Shown here one piece after another: positions 1 to 12,469 of a DNA stretch of 64,000 nt. Position 1 is the stretch's first letter. The number at the start of each line of letters is the position of its first letter. The position numbers and the translations under genes were made by a program. Source of the DNA: Chiloscyllium plagiosum (Eukaryota); contig NC_057719.1 of NCBI RefSeq assembly GCF_004010195.1, positions 87,780,681 to 87,844,680 of the forward strand. Direction: 5' to 3'. The notes under the pieces are model-generated. The model searched no databases, had not been told where the DNA came from, and saw only the letters and a program-made list of their open reading frames with translations.

Positions 1-197
1 CAACACCCCTCCCCCAAGTCCCTCCTCCCTACCTTTTATCTTAGCCTGCTGGACACACTTTCCTTATTCCTGAAGAAGGGCTTATGCCCAAAACGTCGAT
101 TCTCTTGTTCCTTGATTGCTGCCTGACCTGCTGCACTTTTCCAGCAACACATTTTCAGCTCTGATCTCCAGCATCTGCAGTCCTCACTTTTTCCTCT
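1..197 (+). mobile_element. Penelope-like element 3' terminal region
   Basis: Near-identical to 57610-57800, which directly follows a GIY-YIG-type ORF end. Confidence 0.75.
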
Positions 198-649
198 AGG
201 TACAGTTCAACATGGAGGAGTAATGATTCATCAGCCAAGGGAGGATGGTATGTGGTAATCAGCAGGAGGTTTCCTCACCCATGTTCAACCTGAAGCCATG
301 AGGCTTCATAGAATGTGGAGCCAATGTTGAGGTCTCCCAAGGCAACTCCCTCCTAACTGTGTACCACAGTGCTGCCACCTCTGCTGGGTCAGATCTGCCA
401 ATAGGACAGTTGTAACTGGGTAAAAGGAGGGTGTGGGACCTGGGGAGTGGGGAGTAAAGATAATGAGAATAGGAAGGATCCAACAGTCCTTTCTTCACTT
501 GTCACTCGCCAGGTCTACTCCCAGCAAAGTGTAGGGAGGGTAAGGACAGCATCAGCCAATGGGTAGCAACTCCTGATCTTTATGGAGGGAGTGTAAGTGA
601 GTGTGGAGAGAATGGGGGGTAATACCATAGCTGAGGTCGCAGAGCTTAC

Positions 650-718
650 CTTCGGGACTTTGGCGTATTTTCCAATTCTTGTGTCACGGATTACAGTCAT
701 ATCTAGGCAGTCCACGTG
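650..718 (-). CDS. PLCB2: PLC-beta (PLCB2-like), coding exon 3 (PH domain); gene continues beyond position 1
   Basis: ttctttctgcAG|HVDCLDMTVIRDTRIGKYAKVPK|GTAAGC; 69 bp, phase 0-0. Matches the PLC-beta LD..IRDTR.GK.AK.PK motif. Confidence 0.93.
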
Positions 719-769
719 CTGCAGAAAGAAATGAGAACTGAGTGACTATTGTGAAAACCTGTCAGCCCC

Positions 770-1184
770 ATTTCCCAGAGAGTCCCAGGGACAGAGGGAG
801 AGAGACCCAGGCCCAGAGAAAGAGACCGAGGCCCAGAGAGAGAGAGAGATCCAGGCCCTGAGAGAGAGTCCCAGGCTCAGAGAGAGAGAGAGACCCAGGC
901 CCAGCAAAAGAGACCCAGGCCCAGAGAGAGATGCCCTGGCCCAGAAAGAGAGAGAGAGATCCAGGCCCAGACAGAGAGACCCAGGCCCAGAGAGAGAGAG
1001 ACCCAGGCCCAAAGAAAGACTCAGGCCCAGAGAGAGAGAGAGAGACACAGGTCAAGAGAGAGAGAGACCCAGGCCCTGAGAGAAATGTCCCGGCCCAGAG
1101 AGAGACCCAGGCCCAGAGAGCGAAAGAGAGAGAGAGAGATACCTAGGCCCAGAGAGAGAGAGAGAGAGAGAGACAGGCCCAGAG

Positions 1185-1215
<31 letters not shown>

Positions 1216-1830
1216 TACCCAGGCCCGGAGAGAGATACCTAGGCCCAGAGAGAGAGAGAGAGATAGGCCCAGAGATAGATAGATAGAGAGAGAGAGATAC
1301 CCAGGTTCAGAGAGAGAGAGAGATATGCTCAGACCTAGAGAAGAAAGACCCTGGCCCAGAGAGATATATCCAGGCTTAGAGAGAGAGAGAGAGTCCCAGG
1401 CTCAGAGAGAGAGAGAGACCCAGGCCCAGCGAAAGATACCCAGGCTCAGAGAGAGAGACCCAGCCCAGAGAGAGAGAGAGACACCCAGATCCAGAGGGAG
1501 ATATCCAGGCTCAGAGAGAGATACCCAGGCCCAGAGAGAGAGACCCAGACCCAGAGGTAGATACCCACACCAGAGAGGAGAGACCCAGGCTAGAGAGAGA
1601 GAGAGAGAGAGAGAGAGACGCAGGCCAGAGAGAGAGAGATGCAGGCCAGAGAGAGTGAGATGCAGGCCAGAGAGAGTGAGAGAGAGAGAGAGAGATGAAG
1701 GCCAGAGAAAGAGAGACCCAAACCCAAAAAGAGAGACCAAGGCACAGAGGAGACCCAACCCAAAGGGAGAACCAGGCCTAGAGAGACCCATGCCAGAAAC
1801 ACCTAGACCCAGGGAAGCTATGGGCCGAAG
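770..1830. repeat. GA-rich minisatellite/microsatellite array in PLC-beta intron 2
   Basis: Dozens of (GA)n-ACCCAGGCCCA units with embedded (GATA)n. This explains the low-complexity ORFs in the track. Confidence 0.95.
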
Positions 1831-2217
1831 CTCACAGACCTTAAGAAACTATGGGCCCTCAGACCACAGACCAAGAGAGACTACAGGTCCTGCTCCAGGG
1901 CTGTCAGTGCCTTTGTGAGTTGAGCAGATCAGATTGCAGGGACTGACCTGATTAACATGTTTGTGTTGACTAAACACTTCAGTACCGGGGGGAAATGATT
2001 TCCTATCTGGCAGAAACCAAAACAGTGAGGGCCAATCTTGGACCTTCAGGGAATGAAATCAGGGAGGAGCTCCCCTCCACGCAAAGCGGGAGAAAATCTG
2101 GAACTCACTCCCCTTCGAAGCTATCGAATGATGGAAGCGGCTGAGTGGACTTCTCCTGACCCTGAGGAGTGGACACAAGTTGGAGGGAAATGTGGAGATG
2201 TGGAACCCTCTCCTTAC

Positions 2218-2295
2218 CTTGTTCTGGTAGGTCCAGTACAGGAAGTGTCCATGGGAATCAATGCGTAGAACCACTGGTGATCCAACTCCTGTATC
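2218..2295 (-). CDS. PLCB2: PLC-beta (PLCB2-like), coding exon 2 (PH domain)
   Basis: cccctcAG|DTGVGSPVVLRIDSHGHFLYWTYQNK|GTAAGG; 78 bp, phase 0-0. Resembles PLCB2 'SPVILRVDPKGYYLYWTYQSK' as recalled. Confidence 0.93.
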
Positions 2296-2669
2296 CTGAG
2301 GGGATAATATAATAAAACGGCATCAGTGTGAAAATAACCAGCTCACAATCAGGCCTCCCTGTGGGAACTGCTGCGTCTCCTGTGATTTCCAGATAGATTA
2401 GACACCAGAGGAGGGATTAGGAGCTAAGCAACACAGGGAGCGGCTCCATGGCATTGCTCTGTCCATCCCACAGGCCCACATCCAGTGGGAAAGGTGTGGA
2501 GGGACACATTAGCAAGAAGGAGGTGCACCCATTGAGGGGCAGAAGTTGTGGAGGCACAGGTACTAGCTCATGATTTTTCGATCATCCAAGACTACAGGGG
2601 GTATGAGACTAATGCAAGTCTCATACCATTATTCATAAAGTGTGTACGGGTAACCCCAGCGACTTAGCC

Positions 2670-3335
2670 TCCTTGGTGGGGAACCATTTAGAAACATTAA
2701 ACTCAGGCAGAACAAAAACAGTCACTTAGACAAGTCTGGGTTAATGAAAGGAAATCATTGCAGATTGATGAAAGGTTAACCTTGCTCAGCTGATTAGCTT
2801 ACAATGAAGTAACAGAGAAGGTGGATAAGGACTATGTGGCACACACAGATTTGCACAAAGCTTTAGATATCATGCAATACACCAGGGTTACCAGTCTAAC
2901 TAGAGCTCCTGGATTGAAATGGACAATAGTAACATTGACGCAAGGTTATCTGAGGAATCAGAGGGGAGTTAAGGATCCCTTTTTGGACTGGAAGTGGGTT
3001 GATCAGGGATCAGTGTTAGGGCCCCCCCGCTCTTCCTGCGATATGCTGATGACCTCGCTACCTCGATTTGAGTGTACGGGGCCATGACTCCAACATTTTC
3101 AGATGTCATGAAACTTGGAAGTATGGGCAGAGGAGTGGAAGATAGACTTTAATGCAGAGAATTGTGAAGCAATGCATTTTCAAAGAAAGAATGGGGAGAG
3201 ATCACACAAAGATGGAAGGCAAAATGACAGACAGAAAACAGGAACAGGGAAACTGACTGTGTTCGTGATTCATTGATAGGGCAAGTTGAGAGTATGGTTC
3301 ACAAAACATGCAGTACCCTGGGCTTTATTAATCAG
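2670..3335 (+). mobile_element. Degraded CR1-clade LINE RT fragment
   Basis: Decayed KAFD and QGSVLGP motifs (ORF 2821-3087: DLHKALD, QGSVLGP). Confidence 0.7.
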
Positions 3336-3980
3336 GACATTGCCAAATCCAGAACTGCATGTTCCCCACTGGGCTCAACCACTAATTGTTCCAAAAAACC
3401 ATCTCAAAGATATTCCACAAATTCCTTTGCTTGGGATCTACTACCAACCTATTTTTCCCAGATCATCTGCAAATTGAAGTCCCCCACGATTATTGTAATA
3501 GTGCCTTTCTTACACGCCTTTTCAAATTCCTGATTTATTTTCTTCCTTTTATTTTCTTCCTTTTATTTTCTTCCCCACATTCTGACTGCCTGTACACAAT
3601 TCCCATCAGGGTCTTTTTTCCCCTTCATGGTTCCTCAATTCCACCCACATAGATTCTATGACTTCCTACTCTATATCACTCATGCAATTGATTAGCCCCA
3701 CATTCTGACTGCCTGTACACAATTCCCAACGGGTCTTTTTTCCCCTTCATGGTTCCTCAATTCCACCCACATAGATTCTACGACTTCCAACTCTATATCA
3801 CTCGTGCAATCGATTAGTTCCATTTCTAACTAACAAGGTAACTCCACACCCCCATCTGCTCATTTACCTGACCTGTCGATAGGCCGTGTATGCTTGGATA
3901 TTTAATTCTCAGCTGTGATCCCCTCATAGCCACATTTCTGTGATACCCCCCAAACATCGTACCTACCAGTTTTGATCTGT
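3336..3980 (-). mobile_element. CR1-clade LINE 5'/endonuclease-region fragment with internal ~121-bp tandem duplication
   Basis: Reverse strand gives IIVGDFNL (APE endonuclease motif). 3576-3696 is repeated at 3697-3817. Confidence 0.65.
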
Positions 3981-3997
3981 GCTGCAAGCTCATTTAG

Positions 3998-4200
3998 GAG
4001 AGAGTGAGGACAGCAGATGCTGGGGAGTCAGTGGTGCTGGAATAAGCACAGTAGGTCAGGCTGAATCTGAGGAACAGGGGAGTCGATGTTTTGGGCATAA
4101 CCCTTGATCAGGATCCTGACGAAGCCTTATGCCTGAAACGTCGACTCTCTTGCTCCCCAGATGCTGCCTGACCTGCTGTGTTTTTTCCAGCGCCACACCA
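3998..4200. mobile_element. Palindromic PLE-derived non-autonomous repeat
   Basis: Inverted arms centred on TCAGGATCCTGA (~4108-4119); the arms are the same sequence as the PLE terminus at 57670-57800. Related copies at 11698-11785, 12598-12692, 18295-18485, 42955-43050, 44190-44285, 45260-45380 and 54960-55166. Confidence 0.65.
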
Positions 4201-4449
4201 CAAGCGTATTTACCATGTTTCATATATTATGTGCATTTAAGCAGGATGCCCTCAGTCCTGAAACGACTGACCCCCTTGGTCATAGTTGTCCCCTTACCTG
4301 CTGTGTCTGAAGTTAGATTCCTGATCCTTTTCACACTCTCTGTCCTATTACTTGTTCTGGAAACTTCAATAACCTCTGCTGAGCCCTCACCCTCCTCCCA
4401 TGCAACTGAACCCACTCCCCACTTTGAGTGCAAGAACAAGGAGTCGTGT

Positions 4450-5680
4450 TAAACTGAGATCAAACACCGATTCCACCTCATTTAGAGCACTGCATCCAGT
4501 CTGGGTCATCGTAGTTTCGGAAAGACAGGAGAGGGCCTGAGAGGGTGCGGAAAAGAGTCACAGGAGCGATCCCAGGGTTGAAGAGATTTCCTTATACCGT
4601 TAGTTTGGAGAGGTTGAGACTGTTTGCCCTGGATAAGAGAAGATTGGGGGCGGGGGGGGCGGGGGGGGATGTTTGGTGGAGCTGTATAAACTGATGAGTG
4701 GACTGGACAGTGTAGATAGAACAAAGAACAGCTCCTTTGACCCACCCAGGCTGCACCAACACACAATGCCTTTCGAAACTAAAAAGCTTTTGTCCATATC
4801 TCTCTATTCCCTGCCTGTTCATGCATCTGTCCAGATGCCCCTTAAACGCTGCTCTTGTATCCAACTCCACAATGTCCTCGCGCAATGCATTCCAGGCACT
4901 CACCACCCTCAGTCATAGAGTCATAGAGATGTACAGCATGGAAACAGACCCTTCAGTCCAACCCGTCCATGCCGACCAGATATCCCAACCCAACCTAGTC
5001 CCACCTGCCAGCACCCGGGCCATATCCCTCCAAACCCTTCCTATTCATGTACCCATCCAGATGCCTTTTAAATGTTGTAATTGTACCACTTCCTCTGGCA
5101 GCTCATGATAAAAAAAAAATGCCCCTCACATCTCCTTTAAATTCTCCCCCTTTTACCTTAAACCTATGTGCCCTAGTGTTTCCCCTTTTACCTTAAACCT
5201 ATGTGCCCTAGTGTTTGACATTTCTACCCTGGGAAAAGGACTTTGACTATCCATTCTACCCGTGCTTTCATAATTTTGTAAACTTCTATTAGCTCGTCCC
5301 TCATCCTTCAATATTAAAGTGAAAACAAACCAGGTTTGTCCAATCTTCCCTCACAACTAATACCCTCCAAACCAGACAACATCCCAGTAAGCCGTCTCTG
5401 TACTCTGTCCAAAGCCCACACATTCGTCTGGCAGTGTGGCAACCAGAACTCTACACAATATTGCAAATGTAGCTAAAGTTCTCTGCTACAGTATGACTTG
5501 CTAATTTTTATACTCTATGCCCTAACTAATGAAGGCATCTGCCTTTTTAACCACCACTTGCATTGCCACTTTCAGGGAACTGTGAAAGTATACACCTAGA
5601 TCCTTCCGTATGCTGATGCTACTAGGGGTTCTGCCATTTACTGTATACTTCTCTCCTGTATTAGATCTTCCAAAGAAGGA
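4450..5680. mobile_element. Cluster of CR1 3' fragments in both orientations
   Basis: Plus-strand RT C-terminus at 4450-4720; minus-strand CR1 3' ends (WNAL..VE...FK..LD.YMN) at 4760-5680. Confidence 0.75.
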
Positions 5681-5844
5681 CAGTGTTCCATTGGTATAAA
5701 GATTACAAAGCAAGCATCACCAGGTTAAGGTGAATGGTAAAGGAAGCAATAGAGAAACAAGGAATAACACTTCAACATATGGGAGAAAGGTGTCTCTGTC
5801 TGACAAGGATTAACACATTGCAGAGCTAAAGGGAACTGGCCTAC

Positions 5845-5975
5845 ACTGGCCACACTGTTCCTTACTGACTTGTTCCTCACTGACCACACCATCCTTCACT
5901 GACCACACTATCCTTCACTGACCACACCGTTCCTCACTGACCACACCATCCTTTACTGACCATACTCCCTACTGC
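5845..5975. repeat. ~20-bp tandem repeat (CACTGACCACACCATCCTT)
   Basis: Directly visible tandem units. Confidence 0.85.
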
Positions 5976-6225
5976 TCCTACCTGCTCCTCTCTAACCCTT
6001 GGTGTTTTCCACCATAGCTCTCTTATTGACCAGCAGCATAACCACTTCCCCGCACAGCTCTCTGTATTTGATCACGCCTTAGTGCAGTTCCCTGCCTGAC
6101 CTGCTTTTACCAACATTGCTGCTGGGTTCAACAGTAACTGCCTGTCCAAAGGTGCAGCAACATCCTGTGAATTTCCAACTCTGTTTCCTGGCTCAATCAC
6201 ATCATCAATTACAACGCCAACTTAC

Positions 6226-6312
6226 ATCGTCCCATTTAATGAATTTCTCCCCGTTAACCAGGGAAGGTTTGATCACAATCTCAGACAAGGAAGGAGCTGC
6301 CTCTGTTGCCAT
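6226..6312 (-). CDS. PLCB2: Phospholipase C-beta (PLCB2-like), coding exon 1
   Basis: Manual translation: MATEAAPSLSEIVIKPSLVNGEKFIKWDD. ATG has A at -3 and G at +4, and the exon ends at a GTAAG donor (6225). G-x-x-FIKWDD is the conserved PLC-beta N-terminal PH-domain start. 87 bp, phase 0. Orthology to PLCB2 versus a paralog is not resolved. Confidence 0.9.
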
Positions 6313-6399
6313 TCTCAATGAAATCCGTGGATGCTAGCGTGACTGTTGATCGAATCTGACTGCACACTACCGGCACACACGCTCTTACTCAGGGTATAA

Positions 6400-6494
6400 T
6401 TCCAGGAAGGAGTTTAAAAAATAGTGTCACTGTTCTTTTATAACTCAGTCCTGAGTCAAATAAAAACAAGCTGCATGTAAAGTGAAATGCAAAT
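6400..6494 (-). promoter_or_regulatory. Candidate proximal promoter of the PLC-beta gene
   Basis: TATAAAAG on the minus strand (6435-6442), ~125 bp upstream of the ATG, with no upstream ATG in between. Also AP-1 TGAGTCA (6452-6458), octamer ATGCAAAT (6487-6494) overlapping an IRF-like AAAGTGAAA (6479-6487), and STAT-type TTCCAGGAA (6400-6408). Confidence 0.5.
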
Positions 6495-6875
6495 TAAAAC
6501 CGACAGTAGACAGATTGAAACAAGCACCCACATGGCTGTGGTGTACTGCAGGCTGAGGTAACTGGTCCCAGGATGACAACTCAGTCTCTCAATAACACCC
6601 ACGCCTCACCCTATCTTTTTGACATTGCCTGATCTCTTCAATGTTTTTCGCATTTTTCAACGGCTGTTGTGCATCATCATGTGTCGATGTGGTTTTCCAA
6701 ATCGCTGGGAGTGCTGTTGCACACTGTACTGCGTTGTTGGGTTAAGTCTTTCGGTATTGATTCACTATACTGTGTGTCACTGGCTGGCCCAGCATTTGTT
6801 GCCCGTCTTGAGTTTCCCCGAGGCCGGTGGTGCTGGAACAGATGGGTAAGGCAATATGGAGGTATGATGAAGAAC

Positions 6876-7390
6876 AGGGGTCAGAGAGCACATCGTCCAT
6901 TAGTACCAAGCGATCAAAGGGCATATCATCTGGTCAGTACCCAGGGTCAGAGGGTGCATCGTCTCTCTCTCTCTCTCTCTCTCTGACCCAGGGGTCAGAG
7001 GACATATCATCTAGTCAGTACACAGGCATCAGGGGTGTATATCATCTGGTCAGTACCCAGGGGTCAGAGAGCACATCGTTCATTAGTACCCAGGGGTCGG
7101 GGGTAGATCATCTGGTCAGTACCCAGGGGTCAGAGGGCATATTATCCAGTCATTACCTGGGGTCAGAGGGCACAAAGTCCAGTTAGTACCCAGGGGTGAG
7201 AGGACACATTATCCAGTTAGTATCCAGGGGTCAGAGAGCACATCGTCCATTAGTACCAAGCGATCAAAGGGCATATCATCTGGTCAGTACCCAGGGGTCA
7301 GAGGGCATATTATCCAGTTAGTACCCAGGGGTGAGAGGACACATTATCCAGTTAGTATCCAGGGGTCAGAGAGCACATCATCCAGTCAGT
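6876..7390. repeat. ~34-bp minisatellite (CATCATCTGGTCAGTACCCAGGGGTCAGAGGGCA)
   Basis: Directly visible tandem units with one (CT)n interruption. Confidence 0.9.
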
Positions 7391-8439
7391 CCTTCCCATG
7401 ACCTCGCTCATCTCTTGCTCTATATCTGGAATGTATATCTGACAGCTAGTTCTGACATTTCCTTCATGTCATTGTTGGGAAGCCATTGTTTTCAGTCCGC
7501 ATAGTAAGCTCCATTCCTTGGAGCTGGAGCCCTGCCCTCTCCTTCATTAACTTCTGTGCACTGGAGGTTTTCAAGTCCAGTTCTCTCTAGTGCAGTATCT
7601 AGGACCTCTTTCTCGCTCTCTCTGTGTCTCTCTCTCTCTGTCTTTCTCTCTTTGTCTCTCTCTCTCTCTCTCTCTGCTTGCACCCTCAGTCCTCTTTCTG
7701 AGATCAATTTTATGGTGACAACAATTTGGAGGAATCGCACAATACCAGATCTCCCCATGGGAATTCCCTCTACATTCTTGTAGTAGTTTGCTTTGACTTC
7801 CTAACATAGTTTATATAACAACTTACATAATTCTTACCATTATCACCTGCTCCAGCTATCCTATAAAGTCTGAATCTTACAAATAGAGATGATCCAGAAC
7901 TCTATCCAGACAAAATGTCCCGATCTGATTCCGGGGATCACTGTATTGTACTGTTCCTGGGTTTGATGCACCATTCTGTTCTCTGTCTGATGAGGTGTCA
8001 GTCCGGCTGTCCCACATTCTGTGATGATCAGACTTAGTCTCATTCCTCGGCCTGTTTCCCTGTTCCTCCTGACTGTTTCTGCAGACTTTCTGACAATCTC
8101 AGACTGACCTGTTTTTCTGACGATTGTGGTTTCTCAACTTCCTGTCGCTTTAACAGCAGCCCTTTCTGCGGCCTTTAAAATTGTCGTGAGTATTTTTATT
8201 CCTCTGTGGCTTCCCTTGAACTTGTTTTACCTTCTTTGAGAGGTTAACTTTGTCTGGAGGCTGTGCTCCAGGGAACTGCTTCATCTGGGTCATCCAGCTG
8301 ATGCCTGCCACCAAAGTGGACTTCCCAAAATCCTCACCTTTGAATTTGGCTGAGACAAATCCATCCAGGAATTTTAACAGCACAAATATGTTCCTTTTCG
8401 TTGTCCAATCACTTAGGCTGTGGTGGTTGAATGAAGTCC

Positions 8440-10112
8440 TGCCGAGTCAGTCCCAACATCACCTTGAGAATACCCTCTACCGTAATGTGTGGCACTAGCA
8501 CCGTGCTAAATGGGACAGACTTCGAACAGATCTAACAGCTCAAGACTGGGCATCCATGAGGCACTACGGGCCATTAACAGCAGGAGACTTGTACTCCACA
8601 CAATTCGTAACCTCATGGCCCTGCATATCCCCCACCCAACCAATATCATCCAGACAGGGGATCAACCCTGGTTTAATGGAGAGTGCAGGTGGGCATACCA
8701 GCCGCAGCACCAGCCATATCTAACAATGCTGTTTCAACCTGGCAGGAATACTTGATTCCAAATCTCATAAGCAGCAAGTGATAGATAAAGTGAAGTCATC
8801 CCACAACCAATGGATCAGATCTAAGCTCTGCAGTCCTGCCACACCCAATCAGGAATTGTGGTGAACAATTAAACAACTCACAGGAAGAGGAGGCTCCACA
8901 AATATCCCCATCCTCAATGATGGAAGAGCCCAGCTCATCAGTGCAAAAGATGAGGCTGAAGCATTCGCAACGATCTTCAGCCAGAATTGCCAAGTGGATG
9001 ATCCATCTCGGTCTCCTCCAGTAGTCCCCAACATGGTGGGCGGCACGGTGGCACAGTGGTTAGCACTGCTGCCTCACAGCGCCAGAGACCCGGGTTCAAT
9101 TCCCGCCTCAGGCGACTGACTATGTGGAGTTTGCACATTCTCCCCGTGTCTGCGTGGGTTTCCTCCGGGTGCTCTGGTTTCCTCCCATAGTCCAAAAGAT
9201 GTGCAGGTCAGGTGAATTGGCCATGCTAAATTGCCCGTAGTGTTAGGTAAGGGGTAAATGTAGGGGTATGGGTGGGTTGCGTTTCGGCGGGACGGTGTGG
9301 ACTTGTTGGGCCGAAGGGCCTGTTTCCACACTGTAAATAATCTAATCTAATCTAAACATCACAGATGCCAGTCTTCGGCCTATTCAATTCACTCCACATG
9401 TCATCAAGAAATGGTTGGAGGCACTGGATACTGCAAAGGCAATGGGCCCTGACAATATTCCAGCAATAGTGCTGAAGATGTGAGCTTCAGAACTTCCCTA
9501 GCGAAGCTCTTCCAGAACAGTCACAACACTGGTATCTACCGAAAAATGTGGCAAATTGCCCAGGTATGTCCTGCACACAAAAATGCAGGACAAATCCAAC
9601 CCGACCAATTACCACTCCATTAGTCTTCTCTCGATCATCAGTAAAGTGATGCAATGTGTCATCAGCAGTGCTATAAGGCAGCACCTGCTCAGCAATAACA
9701 TGCTCAGTGAGGCCCAGTTTGGGTTCTGACAGGCCCACTCAGCTCCTGACCTCATTACAACATGGACAAACATGGACAAAAGAGCTGCGTTCCACATGTC
9801 TCCGTAATAGCCACAACATCGAAGTCCCAGGTACCAACAGGGTTCTGACAGGCCCACTCAGCTCCTGACCTCATTACAACATGGACAAACATGGACAAAA
9901 GAGCTGCGTTCCAGAGGTGAGGTGAGTGAGACAGCCCTTGACATCAAAGCTGCATTTGGCTGAGTGTGGCCTCAAGGAGCCCTAATAAAACTGTATTCAA
10001 TGAGCATCAGGGTGAAAACTCTCCACTGGTTGGAATCATGTCTGACTTATAGGAAGATGGTTGTGGTTGTTGTGGATCAGTCATCTCAGCTCCAGGACAT
10101 CGCTGCAGGAGT
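8440..10112 (+). mobile_element. CR1/L2-clade LINE ORF2 fragment inserted in the Gypsy element
   Basis: Degraded ORF2 motifs PGDQPWFNGECR, KAMGPDNIP, YHSISLLS, AQFGF, LDIKAAF. Internal ~120-bp duplication (9717-9800 / 9838-9915). Confidence 0.8.
9038..9354 (+). mobile_element. HE1-type tRNA-derived V-SINE
   Basis: A box (TGGCACAGTGG), B box (GGTTCAATTCC), V-domain core, CR1-like tail and (TAATC)n. Flanked by AACAT duplication (9030-9034 / 9355-9359). Confidence 0.9.
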
Positions 10113-10815
10113 GTTCTCACTGCCTTCCTTCCGAAGAATTATATCCACTCTCGAAAGCTAATGAACAAATGCTTTCTGCTGAATAATGGGGTATGCTCAT
10201 TACTCAGTTTGTCTAATATTTCATTGACATTTCATCCCCTGTTACTAAGTTTTGTGGTGATTTGTCCATGCATCTGATGAGTGGCACTCCCTGATCCTTG
10301 GAATTCTACATTTGCTGGTATTGAGTTTAAATTCAATTTCAAACCCTTGTACCTTCACGTTGATGAATCTATTTTGACCCTCTTTCACCTTCCTGAGGAA
10401 TGTTTTCTTCATCCTTTGCCCTGTACCTTTAATTTATTGAACTTTTGTCATCACAATATTTCAATTTCTCTGGCAACTTTCTTTTTGCAGGATTTTTGTC
10501 TTTGTTTTTGAGATGATGAAGGTGCTGTTAACTTACAATATTCTCTGAGGTGGTGTGGCTGGCCATATTTATGGCACGTTGCTCCCCCTGTTGGCCATAC
10601 ATTGAGATTGTGATTCCATTTGGAGCCATGTCTTGTTCAATCTAATATGGCCGATGATGTGGATTGTGATCCCATTGGTGTTTTGACAGGGTTTGGGGCG
10701 GGGGGGGGGCCTAACTGTGTGACAGTTGGTGTGCTTTCTAGGTTGTAAAATCCTCAATGTTTCTTTGCAGTTTTGACTGATTTTGGGCCTTGATTCCTAC
10801 CTGTATAGTGAATTC

Positions 10816-12410
10816 CGTCATGAAAGCATGACTGAATTCTCTACTTCCTCAGAAGTTTAAGGAAATTCAACATGTTCAAAGTGACTCTTACCAATTTTTA
10901 TAGATGAACCGTACAAAGCACCCTATTTGGATGTATCGCAGCTTGTTAGGCAACTGGTCTGCCTAAGACCACAAGAAATTACAGAAAGCTGTGAACACAG
11001 CCCAGTCCATCCACTGTCTCTGTCTATAGTTCCCCTGCCTCAGGAAAGCAGCTAACATAATGAAAGAGCCCACCCACTCCCCATTATACTGTCTTCCATC
11101 AGGCAGAAGATACAGAAGTTTGAATCTGTACCAACAGATTTAAGAACAGCTTCTTCCCCGCTGTTATCAGACTTATGAAAAAAGGTCTCGCTTATTAGAG
11201 TTGATCTTTCTCTACACCTTCTCTATAGCTGTAACACTATATTCAGAATTCTGTTCTATTACTGTGATGTACTTATGTAAGGTATGATTTATCTGGATAG
11301 CGTGCAAAACAACATATTTCACTGTATCTCAGTACATGTGACAATAATCAAAATTGAACTGCATTACACCTCGCTAGGGTAGTTAATGCAGTGGAAATCA
11401 AGGCCAGCTATTCACAGAATCATCCCAAAATTTAATATTTTTATATGAAGGATGCAGAATTCCCGAATTACCCAACTTCTATACCCAAGTTGACAAAAAG
11501 AAAAGACCATGCTTCTGTATTTAACAAGAATTGTTCTTTATTACGAGGAGTTAGACTTCTGGCTACAGGTAAACAATAGTTAGTATATATTAACTCTCTA
11601 ATCCCCTTATAAATTCCTCCTTACATTCACAGACACTGCCAGGAAAAGACATCGTGTTGTGGGCGGAGGGGACACTGAGAAAGAGATTGCTGTGTGGGAT
11701 GAAGGGCTTTTGCCCGAAATGTTGATTTTCCTGCTCTTGGATGCTGCTTGACCTGCTGTGCTTTTCCAGCACCACTCCAATCTAGGGATGACTTCAGTAT
11801 TGATCAGAAAACTACTTCTTGATCGACCTTCTCCAGATGCTTTCACCAGTTTTCATTAAGCACAGAGTGACTGGTTCACACTTATGAAGGTCTTTGACTT
11901 ATCGATTAAAAGTCACAGGTTATGGTAACTGCTAAGGAAAAAAAAGATTTTCTTCATGCTGATTGTGGGTTTGTGCTGCAGAAAACAGAAAAAGAGAGAG
12001 AGAAAGGGCTCCTGGGCTGGTGGAGAACCAATAGCCTCTCCCCATCTTGTTCCCAGCCCCAAACTGTTCAGCTACCTGACAACCAATCACATTGTTGTTG
12101 GTAGGCAGAATTCCCTTCTCATGGATGATAGGTCTCTAGTCCACAGACCAATGAGCAACTTGCTACCGGGTAAATCTTCACCTCTGCACACCTAGCTCCA
12201 GCTCATCTACACCTTCCCCTCCTACTGCCTGAACCAGCAGCTGTGTAAACAGTGCTTACAATGAGTGACAGGTTACTTTCTTCTAAAATAAAACATGCAG
12301 GAATCCTCCAACAATCCTTGTTTTATTAAAACAGCCCTTTTATCACTTCAGTCCACAATCAAAACTCCTCCTTGAATTGAAGAAAGTCTGATAATTTCTC
12401 ATCCCTCACA
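10816..12410 (-). mobile_element. Probable solo LTR, itself interrupted by a LINE and a PLE-derived repeat
   Basis: Minus strand begins TGTGAG and ends TCATGACG (CA-like). Non-coding, with AATAAA on the minus strand. It interrupts Gypsy gag. No TSD seen. Confidence 0.5.
10885..11360 (+). mobile_element. Rex1/Babar-like LINE 3' end
   Basis: NFYR...S.L..CI.AW.GN....D.KKLQ..V..A-like RT C-terminus followed by a 3' UTR and a short A-rich tail. Confidence 0.6.
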
Positions 12411-12469
12411 CTGACTACTTTATAATCTTAAATTAATTCAATCTTTAAAGTGCTGGAGCATATTCACTG

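Noticed and set aside
746..1918. Long R/E-rich and L/S-rich ORFs (up to 197 aa)
   Set aside because: Translations of a GA-rich tandem repeat within a PLC-beta intron.
9038..9110. tRNA-like A/B boxes (also 52570-52660)
   Set aside because: SINE heads; no complete cloverleaf, and they continue into SINE bodies.
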